A stretch of DNA of 64,000 bases, taken from positions 1 to 64,000 of IMG/VR virus record IMGVR_UViG_3300032236_001503; one strand, given 5' to 3'. Position 1 is the first letter of the stretch. Each line of letters starts with the position of its first letter. This DNA comes from a virus. The notes beneath the pieces are model-generated. The model ran no database searches. It saw nothing but the letters and a program-made list of their open reading frames with translations, and was not told the DNA's origin. Shown piece by piece: positions 30,701-40,012 of this stretch. Position numbers and translations under genes: made by a program.

Positions 30701-33285
30701 AATATATATGATAATCCAGAATTACCCTCAATGTATACTGGAACCCAATTGTATGCATCTTGACCATAATTTTGGCATATAATCCATTGATAACCAACAT
30801 CAGTTTGATTTAAATAAACCCAAACTGATACACTCATTGCCCCACTACCAACATCAAATAATCCAGCAGGAAATTGTAGATAATCACTACCACTTGTTAA
30901 TTGTGCGCCATTACCCAATATACCTTGCACTAATGTAGGTGATCCAACTGGTGTTAAATTGTTACCATTTCCTGTTATGTCCGTCCAGTTGGAATCATTT
31001 AAATCATAATATGCTATAGCTCCAGCAAAAACATTGCTAGATGCATTATAAAGTTCAGATACTTCCGTTTGTGTCAGAGATCTATTATATGCATAAAAGG
31101 ATCTTACCTTTCCTTGCAAGTAACTAGTAGTACCCATATTAGTAACCGAAGGGTATCCAATATAATACGATAAGCCAGCACTATTATTATACGGAGCATT
31201 TCTGTTTATATTTGTTGTTCCGACTATTTCACCATTTATATATGCAGTTAAAGTTGTTCCATCATAAGTGAATCCAACAAGATACCATTGATTAAATGCT
31301 CTTGGTGTTGATGATACCTTTTGTGAATAAGATCCATCATTATACCATGTACAAAAATTTATGGTTCCATCTTCTTCTATTTCAATTTGTGAATCAGTCC
31401 AACCCGAATTATAATAACCATGTTCAGAAATAATCTGACCAGCTTGTTGAGGATAAACCCACACAAAAATAGATTCAGATGTTGAACTATAATATTGTCC
31501 TAAATCTGGAGTTGTGGATATATATGCATTTGAACCATCTAAAATTATTTCTCCATTGTTACCAAAATTACCATTATTATTATATGACCAATTTCCATTT
31601 AACGCAGCATTATTTGCATTTATTGAAAGATCATTTATCAATGCACCACTACCAGAATAACTTGATGAATTTGAAACATCAAAATAATATATTAATCCAT
31701 TAGTAGGAATATTAACAGAACCCGAACTATTAAAATATAATCCTCCGGTTGTAATACCCGATAGCGCATAAAGACTTAATGTACTAGGTGTTAAATCTAT
31801 TGTTGTGTTAACAGGATGACCAGCTGTATTTCTTAAATATGAAACATCAAACTGGGATAGTGGTGTTTTTATGAATCTATAATTTACATTACTAGTTTGA
31901 TCGTTTGATGTATTAAATGATAAAACTTCTGCTGGAGAATTAACATCATTTGAATTTAAATATCCTCTGTATTCTACAATTTCGGGAGATCCTGCAATCC
32001 AATCCGCTACGTGTGTAACGGTTCCATCTTGCTCTGGTACAATTGAATAACCTCCTTGATACGGAGATTGTACACCATTAGATCCTTGATCTGAAAATAT
32101 CGAAGATCTGTGATAGAGAGTTCCACCAATTGGATCAACTTCATAGATAACACAACGTGCATTGGGTGCTGCCCCACTCTCATCATCATAGCACGATATC
32201 ATGAAATTACTTGCATTATAAATAGGCTCTAAATTTGGTTGCCATCTTGCATCGTGTTGAGCACATGTTCCACTGTATTGATATCCGTTATAATATGGCT
32301 CGTCTTGTATATTATTGTAACGATTTTCAAACCAAACGGTATTATTTAATTGTCCGTTTTGATTATTACCTATATCTTGTAATCTAGTTCCATAATATGG
32401 TTGTTGACCCTGAATAACCCATAGTATATTTTTTGTTGCATATTCGATACAAACTAAAGTTGAAGTGTGTCTGAAACTACAAAGTACATCACCTGTTGTT
32501 GGATGAACATCAACAGAATTTAAATGGAATGTATCTCCATCATAACCATCATTATTAAAACAACTATCACTATAAAAATCCCAAACAACATCACCTGATG
32601 GAGTTTGTTCTTGTAGATAGAATCCATCGTTAGTATAACATTCGGTGATGACATTACCAAATCTACTTGGTGTTTTTATTTGTTGAACTTCATGGACATC
32701 CCAACCATAATAAACTGGATTATTATTTGTATCATTATGAACATAATGACCTGTATAGTTAATAATATCATTTTGAATTTGAGCAACACCTTTAACCGAA
32801 TAGTTATTTGAATTTAATGCCAACCAATTAGTGTCACAACCTTGGTGTAGACTGAATGCCGCACCTGTATCATCTGTTGCATACCAAATTGGTACTGCAT
32901 TTTTATCATATATGAAATAATATGTGCCATCTCCTCCATTGTTTCCGTGTGCTGTTAAATAGTAACCAGAAATATAATTTTCGGTTGCAGGATAAGTTAC
33001 CGTAAGTGGCATTACACTTTGTGGTAAGAATCTTATGTAATAAGAAGAACTAAGGTTGTCGGTTAAACATACTAAATCATTTGCATGAATTTGAGCAACT
33101 TGATTGTTGGTATATTGGTTTCCATTTACATGGATATTCCAATTGTTGAGTTGAGATCCTACACTTGTTGTGGTTCTTACACAATAATCAGTAATAGTAG
33201 ACGAAAACGTAGGATAAAGAGTATTACTACCAACCGTTGATGTAATACTAGAAATCGGTACTGAAACTGTTATATTGTATAGCAT
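27703..33285 (-). CDS. Virion adhesin: N-terminal aryl-sulfotransferase (ASST)-like domain, five LamG/ConA-like domains, C-terminal PA14/GLEYA domain
   Basis: ASST motifs DVHE, FHLNSVD, CSFRH, AQHDAR; LamG ends such as DEVGIWNRALSQ; PA14 motifs GYFKAP..YSDDASYLWIG..YYPIRIQYG. Confidence 0.8.
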   Translation of the reverse strand: MLYNITVSVPISSITSTVGSNTLYPTFSSTITDYCVRTTTSVGSQLNNWNIHVNGNQYTNNQVAQIHANDLVCLTDNLSSSYYIRFLPQSVMPLTVTYPATENYISGYYLTAHGNNGGDGTYYFIYDKNAVPIWYATDDTGAAFSLHQGCDTNWLALNSNNYSVKGVAQIQNDIINYTGHYVHNDTNNNPVYYGWDVHEVQQIKTPSRFGNVITECYTNDGFYLQEQTPSGDVVWDFYSDSCFNNDGYDGDTFHLNSVDVHPTTGDVLCSFRHTSTLVCIEYATKNILWVIQGQQPYYGTRLQDIGNNQNGQLNNTVWFENRYNNIQDEPYYNGYQYSGTCAQHDARWQPNLEPIYNASNFMISCYDDESGAAPNARCVIYEVDPIGGTLYHRSSIFSDQGSNGVQSPYQGGYSIVPEQDGTVTHVADWIAGSPEIVEYRGYLNSNDVNSPAEVLSFNTSNDQTSNVNYRFIKTPLSQFDVSYLRNTAGHPVNTTIDLTPSTLSLYALSGITTGGLYFNSSGSVNIPTNGLIYYFDVSNSSSYSGSGALINDLSINANNAALNGNWSYNNNGNFGNNGEIILDGSNAYISTTPDLGQYYSSTSESIFVWVYPQQAGQIISEHGYYNSGWTDSQIEIEEDGTINFCTWYNDGSYSQKVSSTPRAFNQWYLVGFTYDGTTLTAYINGEIVGTTNINRNAPYNNSAGLSYYIGYPSVTNMGTTSYLQGKVRSFYAYNRSLTQTEVSELYNASSNVFAGAIAYYDLNDSNWTDITGNGNNLTPVGSPTLVQGILGNGAQLTSGSDYLQFPAGLFDVGSGAMSVSVWVYLNQTDVGYQWIICQNYGQDAYNWVPVYIEGNSGLSYILLDNNSSWSDQDSNVSPTANQWHHIVTVVNNGTACQYLDGVLLSNTSTYAAPIQATNSTFTLGAYTGNGSGQGLTNIFDEVGIWNRALSQADVTRLYNSGKALPYKTNKPIPHNLVLWLDSTNPSSYTNGSLSWNDLSNVGNNASLSIPSPTYNNKFLSFDGSSNYVSTIDGAGLTTFTISLWVNTTESGTSDLYWQQPSLIGKGSAGVDTGDFGITTNNGYIGMWGGINTTGYDDYYYLSTTTKINDGKWHNIVVSNDGSNAVLYVDGRPEGGSFATGGALDNTENFWIGGMHGDQYTPSGFYHSGLINDVLFYTSGLNADEILTNYNNFKSKYYNTSSTIGKLLFSGNTLSGTIVSPLQTGLQAYWKMDEISGTRYDSVSNQQMTETNGSVGSTLGINDKSADISNGNNSWLTLPAGVCDVGSNQKSFSIWFKLNETNIGYQFIGPMQGTGHDYDELNVLYIEGNSTLNMLFNTDSENHWAINLGNNIIPTANEWHHYVATFGNGICTAYYDGNQIAQFSYSGAILSSNGQYTLGHYDAFPDGINGQAGIFYGQIDEFEIWNRVLSPSEVTSLYNSGNALSHPFNLTSDLKAYWKFDGNGTDSSGNGNDLTDSGGTSYVNGIVNQAASFQDNGVYLYNNNNYDLSGDFTLSCWVNFNDTNYNYFFFCGQNPGSMYFGYNENGLQISRYVTDDASFGYPSLNVGTWYHMVLVRQGGNATCYINGQQQGSTQNYPYDLSGKMFFGYEPNYGNGLNGLMDEAGIWSRALSQDEITQLYNNGRGLTYPFFGKVYPKLIIRSTIPVSTYQNGLYGWMYYDNGNSDASFSAGPMSNDPTFFAANTNFKTQNYVATELFNFYVDNSGTIQNLDNYGNFNYNQGYGPTLNNYSWEFLGYFKAPYTDNFTFFTYSDDASYLWIGNNAVSGFTTSNCNVNNGGSHGTQGSFSSPVSLVGGQYYPIRIQYGQGAGGAILTVGYSSNSETNVTNWQGIAYHRTNQDFAP

Positions 33286-33291
33286 TAATAC

Positions 33292-33299
33292 TATTTATA
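33292..33299 (-). promoter_or_regulatory. T4-type late promoter TATAAATA
   Basis: Exact T4 gp55 consensus, 6 nt before ATG 33285. Confidence 0.8.
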
Positions 33300-33335
33300 G
33301 TTTAAATCAATTTACTCTATAGTATATTTTAAATA

Positions 33336-35744
33336 TTAAACTATACATGCACCATTCCAGTATAGATGCGTTCCATCACTTGTTAAGCAACCACCATTGA
33401 TGTTTATTGCGTTTACATAAGTGTAGTTTGAATTATTGGCGCAAATATTAGAACCTAATATAAAGACATTTGAATTTCCACAATCTTGGTTATTACATCC
33501 ACCTAGAATTGCAGAACAGTTGCCAGAAGCAGTATTACATGAACCACCAGATACAGTAGAAGCATATCCAGAGGCTGTATTATAACAACCGCCAACTACG
33601 CTTGCAAATCCAGAAATTGCACAATTATATCTACCGCTAACTACAAGTGGAGCAAATCCACCACCCGAATTACAAGCAAGATTATAAGCACCAGAAACTG
33701 TTGTTGCGGTATCACCAAGTGCTGCATTACACCATCCAGCAAGAACTGCTGCTGCATTGCTACCAATATTAAAAACAGTGGAATATGCAGAGTTACTATT
33801 ACCACCGCCAATAAAATCGTAATTACCACATGCTTTGTTATAATGACCACCAGTGATTGTTGAGCAATATCCAGCAGCGCAATTACAAGATCCTCCCCCT
33901 ATTATTGAATATGTGCCAGAAGCAGTATTGCATATACCACCAAGGATAGAACTACCATTACCACTGGCAATGTTGCAGTAACCACCACTTACGGTTGTGT
34001 CATATTCACCAGAAGCTGTATTGCAACCACCACCGAGAACTGCTGACCAACCAATAGTTGCAATTGCACTATTATGTCCACCACCAGCAACAACTGAGTT
34101 TGTACTAGAACAACCAGTTACGTTATTTACACCACCTAAAATTGATGAATGAGTACCACATGCTGTATTGTTACCACTTGATGGTTGTATTGAACAAACT
34201 CCACATCCAGCAACCAATACTCCACTTATACCACATCCGTATATGCAGCCACATACACATAAATTATTTTCAACGAAAACACCGCAACAGAAATTGAGAC
34301 TTAATGTTGCATCACCATGACCACATGTGTTGGTCCCATCGGTTAATACAACTTCACTACCTCCACCTATAATTGAAGAGGAATAAACCGAATTTGTTGT
34401 AGCAAGATTATTTACATATGTTGTATTATCTTGAGTTGATGTGATGTTTGCACCAATCGCAAAAGAACAATTGTTTTGAACATTATTGTTTACTCCACCT
34501 AAAACTCCAGAATGTGAACCACCGACATTATTTGACCCATCCTTTGCTTGTATTGATGCGCAGCCGCTACCATAACAATATGGTGTATTTGAATTATTAA
34601 ATGCATTACATAATGCACACCCAGTTGTTGCATCATAACATGCATAATTGGCATAATTGGTACTATAAGCGTATCCTGAATTTGATACACAACCTTGAGC
34701 ACAAAGACCATTTATGTATACTGAATTAGAGCTATAAATATTATTATAACATTGATTTATTAATGTATTATTATTTCCATAATTGGTAACATAACAAGAA
34801 TTTGTAAAATTATTGTTAGAACCATATGATGCTGTGTTACATGAATTAATAAATGTATTAGCATTATTAGGATCATAGTTATTATAACCACAAGTAGGAT
34901 ATCCAATTAGGCAAAATCCACGGCTGTCACATCCTGCACATTGAGCACAACCAGCACTATAAGCATATCCCGAATAAGTTGAACAATAAGCATATTCTGA
35001 ACAATAAGCATTATAAGCATTATAAGCATATCCTGAATTTGATACACAACCATTTGCAAAAAGTCCGTTTATGTATACCGAATTGGAATTATATATTGTG
35101 TTATTGCATTGATTTATTACGATTGTATTATCAACACCGTACCATGTAGTTACGCCATTTGAATTGATGAATGTATTTGTATTGTCACAATCATAATTGT
35201 TACCATATCCACTAGCGAACCCAGCTAAACAAAACCCACGGCTATCACATCCTGCGCATCCTGCGTATTGAGCACAACCTGAGTATTCAGAACCATAAGC
35301 GGCGTAAGCACTATTAGCATATCCTGAACATGTAGCACACCCAGCAGTATTGGCATTACCAGCGTTAATTGCATAACATGAGTTTGTAGCAGTTCCAGCG
35401 GTGCAAGCATATCCTGAGTTTGTAGCAGTTCCAGCGGTGCAAGCATATCCTGAGTTTGTAGCGGTTGCAGCTTCAGTAGAAAAATTAGCAGAAAGTGAAT
35501 TAACCGAATTTTTTACCGCACAACCATTATTTCCATTAATAAACCATGCTATACAATGATTAGCATCGTCACATTTTGCAGTATTGGCATTACTACTAGT
35601 TCCACCACCACCGATAGCTGAACTTACATATTTAGTAAATGTACAAGCATCTACACTGTAATTTGATCCACTTCTTACTATTGGTACTATATCTCCTGTT
35701 TGTAAGCAGCAGGATTCTGGTAGTTGGGAAAATTTGATTGACAT
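33336..35744 (-). CDS. Cysteine-rich fibre protein
   Basis: About 65 Cys in 802 aa (hand count); N-terminal MSIKFSQLP..GDIVPIV; AxxAxx repeats; YadA-like NTASG..SxxGG repeats. Confidence 0.75.
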   Translation of the reverse strand: MSIKFSQLPESCCLQTGDIVPIVRSGSNYSVDACTFTKYVSSAIGGGGTSSNANTAKCDDANHCIAWFINGNNGCAVKNSVNSLSANFSTEAATATNSGYACTAGTATNSGYACTAGTATNSCYAINAGNANTAGCATCSGYANSAYAAYGSEYSGCAQYAGCAGCDSRGFCLAGFASGYGNNYDCDNTNTFINSNGVTTWYGVDNTIVINQCNNTIYNSNSVYINGLFANGCVSNSGYAYNAYNAYCSEYAYCSTYSGYAYSAGCAQCAGCDSRGFCLIGYPTCGYNNYDPNNANTFINSCNTASYGSNNNFTNSCYVTNYGNNNTLINQCYNNIYSSNSVYINGLCAQGCVSNSGYAYSTNYANYACYDATTGCALCNAFNNSNTPYCYGSGCASIQAKDGSNNVGGSHSGVLGGVNNNVQNNCSFAIGANITSTQDNTTYVNNLATTNSVYSSSIIGGGSEVVLTDGTNTCGHGDATLSLNFCCGVFVENNLCVCGCIYGCGISGVLVAGCGVCSIQPSSGNNTACGTHSSILGGVNNVTGCSSTNSVVAGGGHNSAIATIGWSAVLGGGCNTASGEYDTTVSGGYCNIASGNGSSILGGICNTASGTYSIIGGGSCNCAAGYCSTITGGHYNKACGNYDFIGGGNSNSAYSTVFNIGSNAAAVLAGWCNAALGDTATTVSGAYNLACNSGGGFAPLVVSGRYNCAISGFASVVGGCYNTASGYASTVSGGSCNTASGNCSAILGGCNNQDCGNSNVFILGSNICANNSNYTYVNAININGGCLTSDGTHLYWNGACIV
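35379..35462. repeat. Exact 36-bp tandem repeat (~2.3 copies)
   Basis: tgagtttgtagc at 35379, 35415 and 35451; encodes ATNSGYACTAGT. Confidence 0.9.
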
Positions 35745-35753
35745 TACTAATAA

Positions 35754-36302
35754 TTATCCTTCGGATATGAAGAATATATTATTTTCTGTTATAAACTCTA
35801 ATCCCTGTTCGGTTACAAAGGAATTTATAGGGATAAATGATAAAGTATTATTAATATAAATACCAGATACACAAGGTCTTTGTATATCCGTTGCACCAAC
35901 CCACGAACTAGTAAATGGAACCCTACTATCTTGTGAAAGAATGCCAAAACCTGCTTCATTTTGGAAAATTATGTCGAAAAATCCAGAATCTTGAAAAATT
36001 TCAGGTAAGTTTAAAACTGCATATTTTTCAGAGCTAAAATCAACATATTCTGTTACATCTACACCACTGAAACCTATGTTTGTACTGGAAAGTTTTTCAG
36101 AATTATAAAATGGATTTATATATTCTTTATCTAATGAAAATAAAGAAGGATTATTTGAACTTAAGTAAACATTTGTTATATTGTAAAAAGATCTACCCAC
36201 CAATACCAATGCTGGTAAGCTTGAATTGGTTTGATTTAATGTAAAAGCATAGAAGTTTACATCAAATGGTTGAGGTCTGGCATTTTTTACAAAATGATCC
36301 AT
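35754..36302 (-). CDS. Hypothetical structural protein (Ig/IPT-like) with C-terminal TE-repeat motif
   Basis: Directly follows the portal gene; ends FVTEQGLEFITENNIFFISEG. Confidence 0.55.
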   Translation of the reverse strand: MDHFVKNARPQPFDVNFYAFTLNQTNSSLPALVLVGRSFYNITNVYLSSNNPSLFSLDKEYINPFYNSEKLSSTNIGFSGVDVTEYVDFSSEKYAVLNLPEIFQDSGFFDIIFQNEAGFGILSQDSRVPFTSSWVGATDIQRPCVSGIYINNTLSFIPINSFVTEQGLEFITENNIFFISEG

Positions 36303-36305
36303 ACA

Positions 36306-38177
36306 TTATGCAGTTGGTGCTGGTGTAGCCTGTGCTGCTGCACCAGTTTCTGGTGTTTCGGTTGCTGCTTGAGCTTCTGGCGTTTCGGTTGTTGCTCCAG
36401 CTGCCCCACCACCTCCAAATTCGGGGATTTCAGATGCAGTTGGTGCTCCACCGCCACCACCTGCGGCTGGGGCTGCTCCACCTGCACCGAGAGCACCTGC
36501 TGCTTGTTCTGCTGCTTCGATGTGTTCACGCCAGTTCGGTCCTGTCTGTGCAATCTGATCCAATTCCCACTTGAGGGCTGCATCTTTTCTGAGCCATTCC
36601 ATGTTTTCGGATATTTTAGCATCATTTAAACCAAGGTAATGTCTTTGGGCAAATGTCTTGGAAATTGATTCATTCTGAGACATGTTGTTAAAGTTATTAT
36701 ACTTTAATTCAAATTCCTGATTCTTTCTTATTGCAAAATAATTGGAAGGTGGGTTGAAATGTATATCGAAATATGACTCATGCATTCCATATTCTTTCCA
36801 CCATCCACGGAGTTTTAAGTGTGTTACGAATGCTTCCTTTAATCCGGTTGAAAATTGATTCTGAACACGGACAATAAACTTAGCAAAGCGTAATTCTTCT
36901 CTTAAAATCTCTGCACCATCCTTGTATCCTTCGTCTGGATTCATTCTTGTTAATGGTACTTTGAGACTCTTGTAGAGTTTGTTTACGAAATAGGTTAAAT
37001 CTTCAATTTTACCAAGATTTGCTCCACCTTGCATTAATTCAACATCACTTCCACTTTCACCTTGACGTTTTGCAAACCAATATGAATCTAACATGGACTG
37101 CGGATCATAGATATTTCCTGCGCCCTTGCCTGATTGTGAGTCATAGGTCTTTTTTGACCAGTATGATTGCATGAGTTGTTTTAAATATGCCTCTGCTTTT
37201 GCTGGTGGCATGTTACCAACGTCAATTTTAAATTTTAAACGCTCTGGAGCACGTACCATTCTATAGATAACGACAGCATCTTCAAGTAATGAAACCTGTT
37301 TATATGCACGACGAGCATTTTCAAGGAAAGGAACCTTGATCGACATGTCTTCGTTCCACATTCCTGAGTTAATATAGGTAATCTGATTGCCTTGGAACGT
37401 GATTAATTGCTGTTGTAATGAATTAGAATTGTTTTGTGATGGTGGCGGTGCGGATGGGCTATTTGGACTATTAGCATTTTGTTGTAAGCTAATTGGTTTT
37501 TGGAATATAAAGTTTTCAATTACATTATTTTGAACATTATCATAGACAGGGTTAATGAGTTCACCGGGTATGTTAAGTACACCAATAATACCTAATTCCT
37601 TTTTTCTTTCATGAACAACATTTTCAAAGAAAATTTCACCTTCAATTAATAATTGACGACAATATCCCCATCCTTTGTGTTCTAAATCAAAAACCTGAAT
37701 GAATTTATAGAATTCTTTTTCTATTTCACTTCTTTCGGTTGATTCCAACTTACCAAATGTTGAAAATCCAATTCTTAAGAACTTATCTTCATCATCTTTA
37801 TTTAAAAATTCATCACAAATTTCATCTAAACAATCTGAAATTTCAGCATATGAACCCATTCTGCGATATTCTGCAATTCTACGAACCTTATCAACGTCAA
37901 CGCTGGCATAAATGTACTTGTGATAAGCATGATCTGATGTAAAAGAACCTGCACCATATTGATCTGTATTCTGGCGCATGGCAGGACCGGTAATAACGGA
38001 CTGCTGCATAACACGATATTCGTGTCTTTTAGCTAAACGATCAAAGAGTTCATATCGTGGATTACCAATATCTGCATCGACTGCATCTTGGATGTAGGGT
38101 AATCTTGAAAGAATATTGGATATAAAATTTCTACCGTTATCAGGCTGTCTATTCGGTGTTGGTAATACGTCAGGCAT
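36306..38177 (-). CDS. gp20: Portal vertex protein
   Basis: LLEDAVVIYRMVRAPER, IDVGNMPPAKAEAYL, KLYKSLKVP, EILREELRFAKFI. Confidence 0.97.
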   Translation of the reverse strand: MPDVLPTPNRQPDNGRNFISNILSRLPYIQDAVDADIGNPRYELFDRLAKRHEYRVMQQSVITGPAMRQNTDQYGAGSFTSDHAYHKYIYASVDVDKVRRIAEYRRMGSYAEISDCLDEICDEFLNKDDEDKFLRIGFSTFGKLESTERSEIEKEFYKFIQVFDLEHKGWGYCRQLLIEGEIFFENVVHERKKELGIIGVLNIPGELINPVYDNVQNNVIENFIFQKPISLQQNANSPNSPSAPPPSQNNSNSLQQQLITFQGNQITYINSGMWNEDMSIKVPFLENARRAYKQVSLLEDAVVIYRMVRAPERLKFKIDVGNMPPAKAEAYLKQLMQSYWSKKTYDSQSGKGAGNIYDPQSMLDSYWFAKRQGESGSDVELMQGGANLGKIEDLTYFVNKLYKSLKVPLTRMNPDEGYKDGAEILREELRFAKFIVRVQNQFSTGLKEAFVTHLKLRGWWKEYGMHESYFDIHFNPPSNYFAIRKNQEFELKYNNFNNMSQNESISKTFAQRHYLGLNDAKISENMEWLRKDAALKWELDQIAQTGPNWREHIEAAEQAAGALGAGGAAPAAGGGGGAPTASEIPEFGGGGAAGATTETPEAQAATETPETGAAAQATPAPTA

Positions 38178-38215
38178 TTGAATTATTTAGTATAATAATA
38201 TACTTATCAAGATAC

Positions 38216-38243
38216 TTGACTTAAAATTACTTTATAGTAAATT
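38216..38243 (+). promoter_or_regulatory. Sigma70-like promoter TTGACT-N16-TAAATT, 6 nt before the GT9-like ATG
   Basis: Same geometry as five other promoters in the window. Confidence 0.6.
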
Positions 38244-38249
38244 TAAAAT

Positions 38250-39188
38250 ATGGACAAATACGTTATCTTTCACATTGATGGTGGTTGTGGTAAAAACATA
38301 GTCGCTACTTCTGTTGTTAAATCAATCAAAGCCGCTTACCCTGAACACAAATTAATCGTAGTAACCGCATGGCCCGATGTCTTCGTTCATAATCCAAACA
38401 TTTACAGGGTTTATAGATTTGGAAATATTCCTTATTTTTATGATGATTACATTAATGGTAAGGATTCTGTCATTTTAAGATATGAACCCTATCATTCTGG
38501 TGATCTTCTTTATCGTAAAAAGTCATTGGCTGAAATTTGGTGTGATGTTTTCAATATACCTTGCGTAGATGTTAAGCCAGAAATAGTTTTAACCGAAAGA
38601 GAGCTTCTATTTGCTCAAAAACAGCTTCAAAAGGACGGACCCGTTCTCCTCATACAATCCTCTGGTGGAGCGGAACAACAAGGTCATCCTTATTCTTGGT
38701 CAAGAGACCTTCCTCCATCACTTGCACAGGAAATTGTTTATTCAGTTAGGGATAAATTCAGTAAAATCCTCCATGTTAGAAGAGAAAATCAACCAGCATT
38801 GGATGGAACCATTCATGTAAGTGATTCCTTTAGAAATCTCTTCTGTTATATTGCACTTTCAGATAAAATTCTTGGAATTGACTCGTTTGCTCAACATGCA
38901 GCTGCTGCTTTTGATAAAAAAGCAACGGTTGGTTGGATTTCTAACTCTCCTGTTGTTTTTGGACATAAAATTCATGACAATATTCTAGCAACTGGTGCAG
39001 AATCATTCCGTCATCGTATTGATTCTTACCTTGAAGAGGATGATTGGACAGGTGGAAGATTCCATGAGTGTCCTTATGACAATATTTCTAATCTTTTCAA
39101 TAAAGATCAGTTTATTGAATCGATTTTAGGTTCAAAAACCGATTTAACTTTTGAAATTGCCGATCAACCAACTATTAAATTTAACTAA
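38250..39188 (+). CDS. GT-B glycosyltransferase, GT9/heptosyltransferase-like
   Basis: N-terminal GGCGKNIVAT..AAYPEHKLIVVT..NPNI and C-terminal LGIDSFAQHAAAAFDKK match the GT9 pattern (GD..; G.DSG..H.A.A). Confidence 0.8.
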   Translation: MDKYVIFHIDGGCGKNIVATSVVKSIKAAYPEHKLIVVTAWPDVFVHNPNIYRVYRFGNIPYFYDDYINGKDSVILRYEPYHSGDLLYRKKSLAEIWCDVFNIPCVDVKPEIVLTERELLFAQKQLQKDGPVLLIQSSGGAEQQGHPYSWSRDLPPSLAQEIVYSVRDKFSKILHVRRENQPALDGTIHVSDSFRNLFCYIALSDKILGIDSFAQHAAAAFDKKATVGWISNSPVVFGHKIHDNILATGAESFRHRIDSYLEEDDWTGGRFHECPYDNISNLFNKDQFIESILGSKTDLTFEIADQPTIKFN

Positions 39189-40012
39189 TGAAAAACATAT
39201 TCTTTAATTCATCGATGCCTCGTAGTATGAGTACACTTTTGCAGTGTATTTTAAATCAACACCCTGAAATACAGGCTACACAAACCGATCCGGTTTTAGA
39301 ATATCTTTATGGTGCAAGAGTGAATTTCACCAATACACCAGAAGTTAAGGCAATGGATCAAGAACTTGCTTTAAAGACTTGGAGAGGTTTCTGTAAGGGT
39401 GGCTTAGAGGGATATGCAAATTCATATACTGATAAACCAAATCTTTGCATTAAGACTCGTGGTGGAACTATTCATTACAAGTGGTTTGAATCATTCATGC
39501 CTTATAAGCCAAAAATGATTTGTATGGTTAGAAATTTAAAAAGTGTTTTTTCTTCGATGGAAAAACTTTATAGAAAGAGTCAGGAATACCATCAGGAAAT
39601 CCAAAATCACTCAGAAATGAAAGGTACATCAACCGCAAAGAGAATTGATGCTTGGGTTGCTTCACCTCCTGTTGGTATGGCTCTTGAAAGACTTCAGCAA
39701 ACCTTCTTGGAGGGTATTAATAAGGAAGTTCTTTATGTAAGAGCAGAAGATTTAACAAGTTATCCACAAAGAGAAATGGATAAGGTTTATACCTATCTTG
39801 GTATAGAAGGATTTAAGCACGATTTTGATAATGTTGAACAAACAATCAAGGAAGATGATTCGGTTTATGGTTTAACCAAGGATCTTCATACAATCAAAAG
39901 AAAAGTTCAACCTTTAACTCCCGATTATACGGAAGTTTTAGGAAAACAAGTCTGTGATTGGATTGATAGCAATTTTGCTTGGTATCAAAAGGGATTTGGT
40001 TATACCAAATAA
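39188..40012 (+). CDS. PAPS-dependent sulfotransferase family protein
   Basis: 5'-PSB-like PRSMSTLL..ILNQHP; 3'-PB-like MICMVRNLKSVFSS; VRAEDLTSYP; start overlaps the GT9 stop (TAATG). Confidence 0.85.
   Translation: MKNIFFNSSMPRSMSTLLQCILNQHPEIQATQTDPVLEYLYGARVNFTNTPEVKAMDQELALKTWRGFCKGGLEGYANSYTDKPNLCIKTRGGTIHYKWFESFMPYKPKMICMVRNLKSVFSSMEKLYRKSQEYHQEIQNHSEMKGTSTAKRIDAWVASPPVGMALERLQQTFLEGINKEVLYVRAEDLTSYPQREMDKVYTYLGIEGFKHDFDNVEQTIKEDDSVYGLTKDLHTIKRKVQPLTPDYTEVLGKQVCDWIDSNFAWYQKGFGYTK

Noticed and set aside
33336-35744. Metallothionein-like, Fe-S or heme-binding protein
   Set aside because: Cys spacing is irregular with no recurring CxxCH or ferredoxin pattern, and the backbone is fibre repeats. 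Surface metal binding or post-lysis disulfide crosslinking cannot be excluded.
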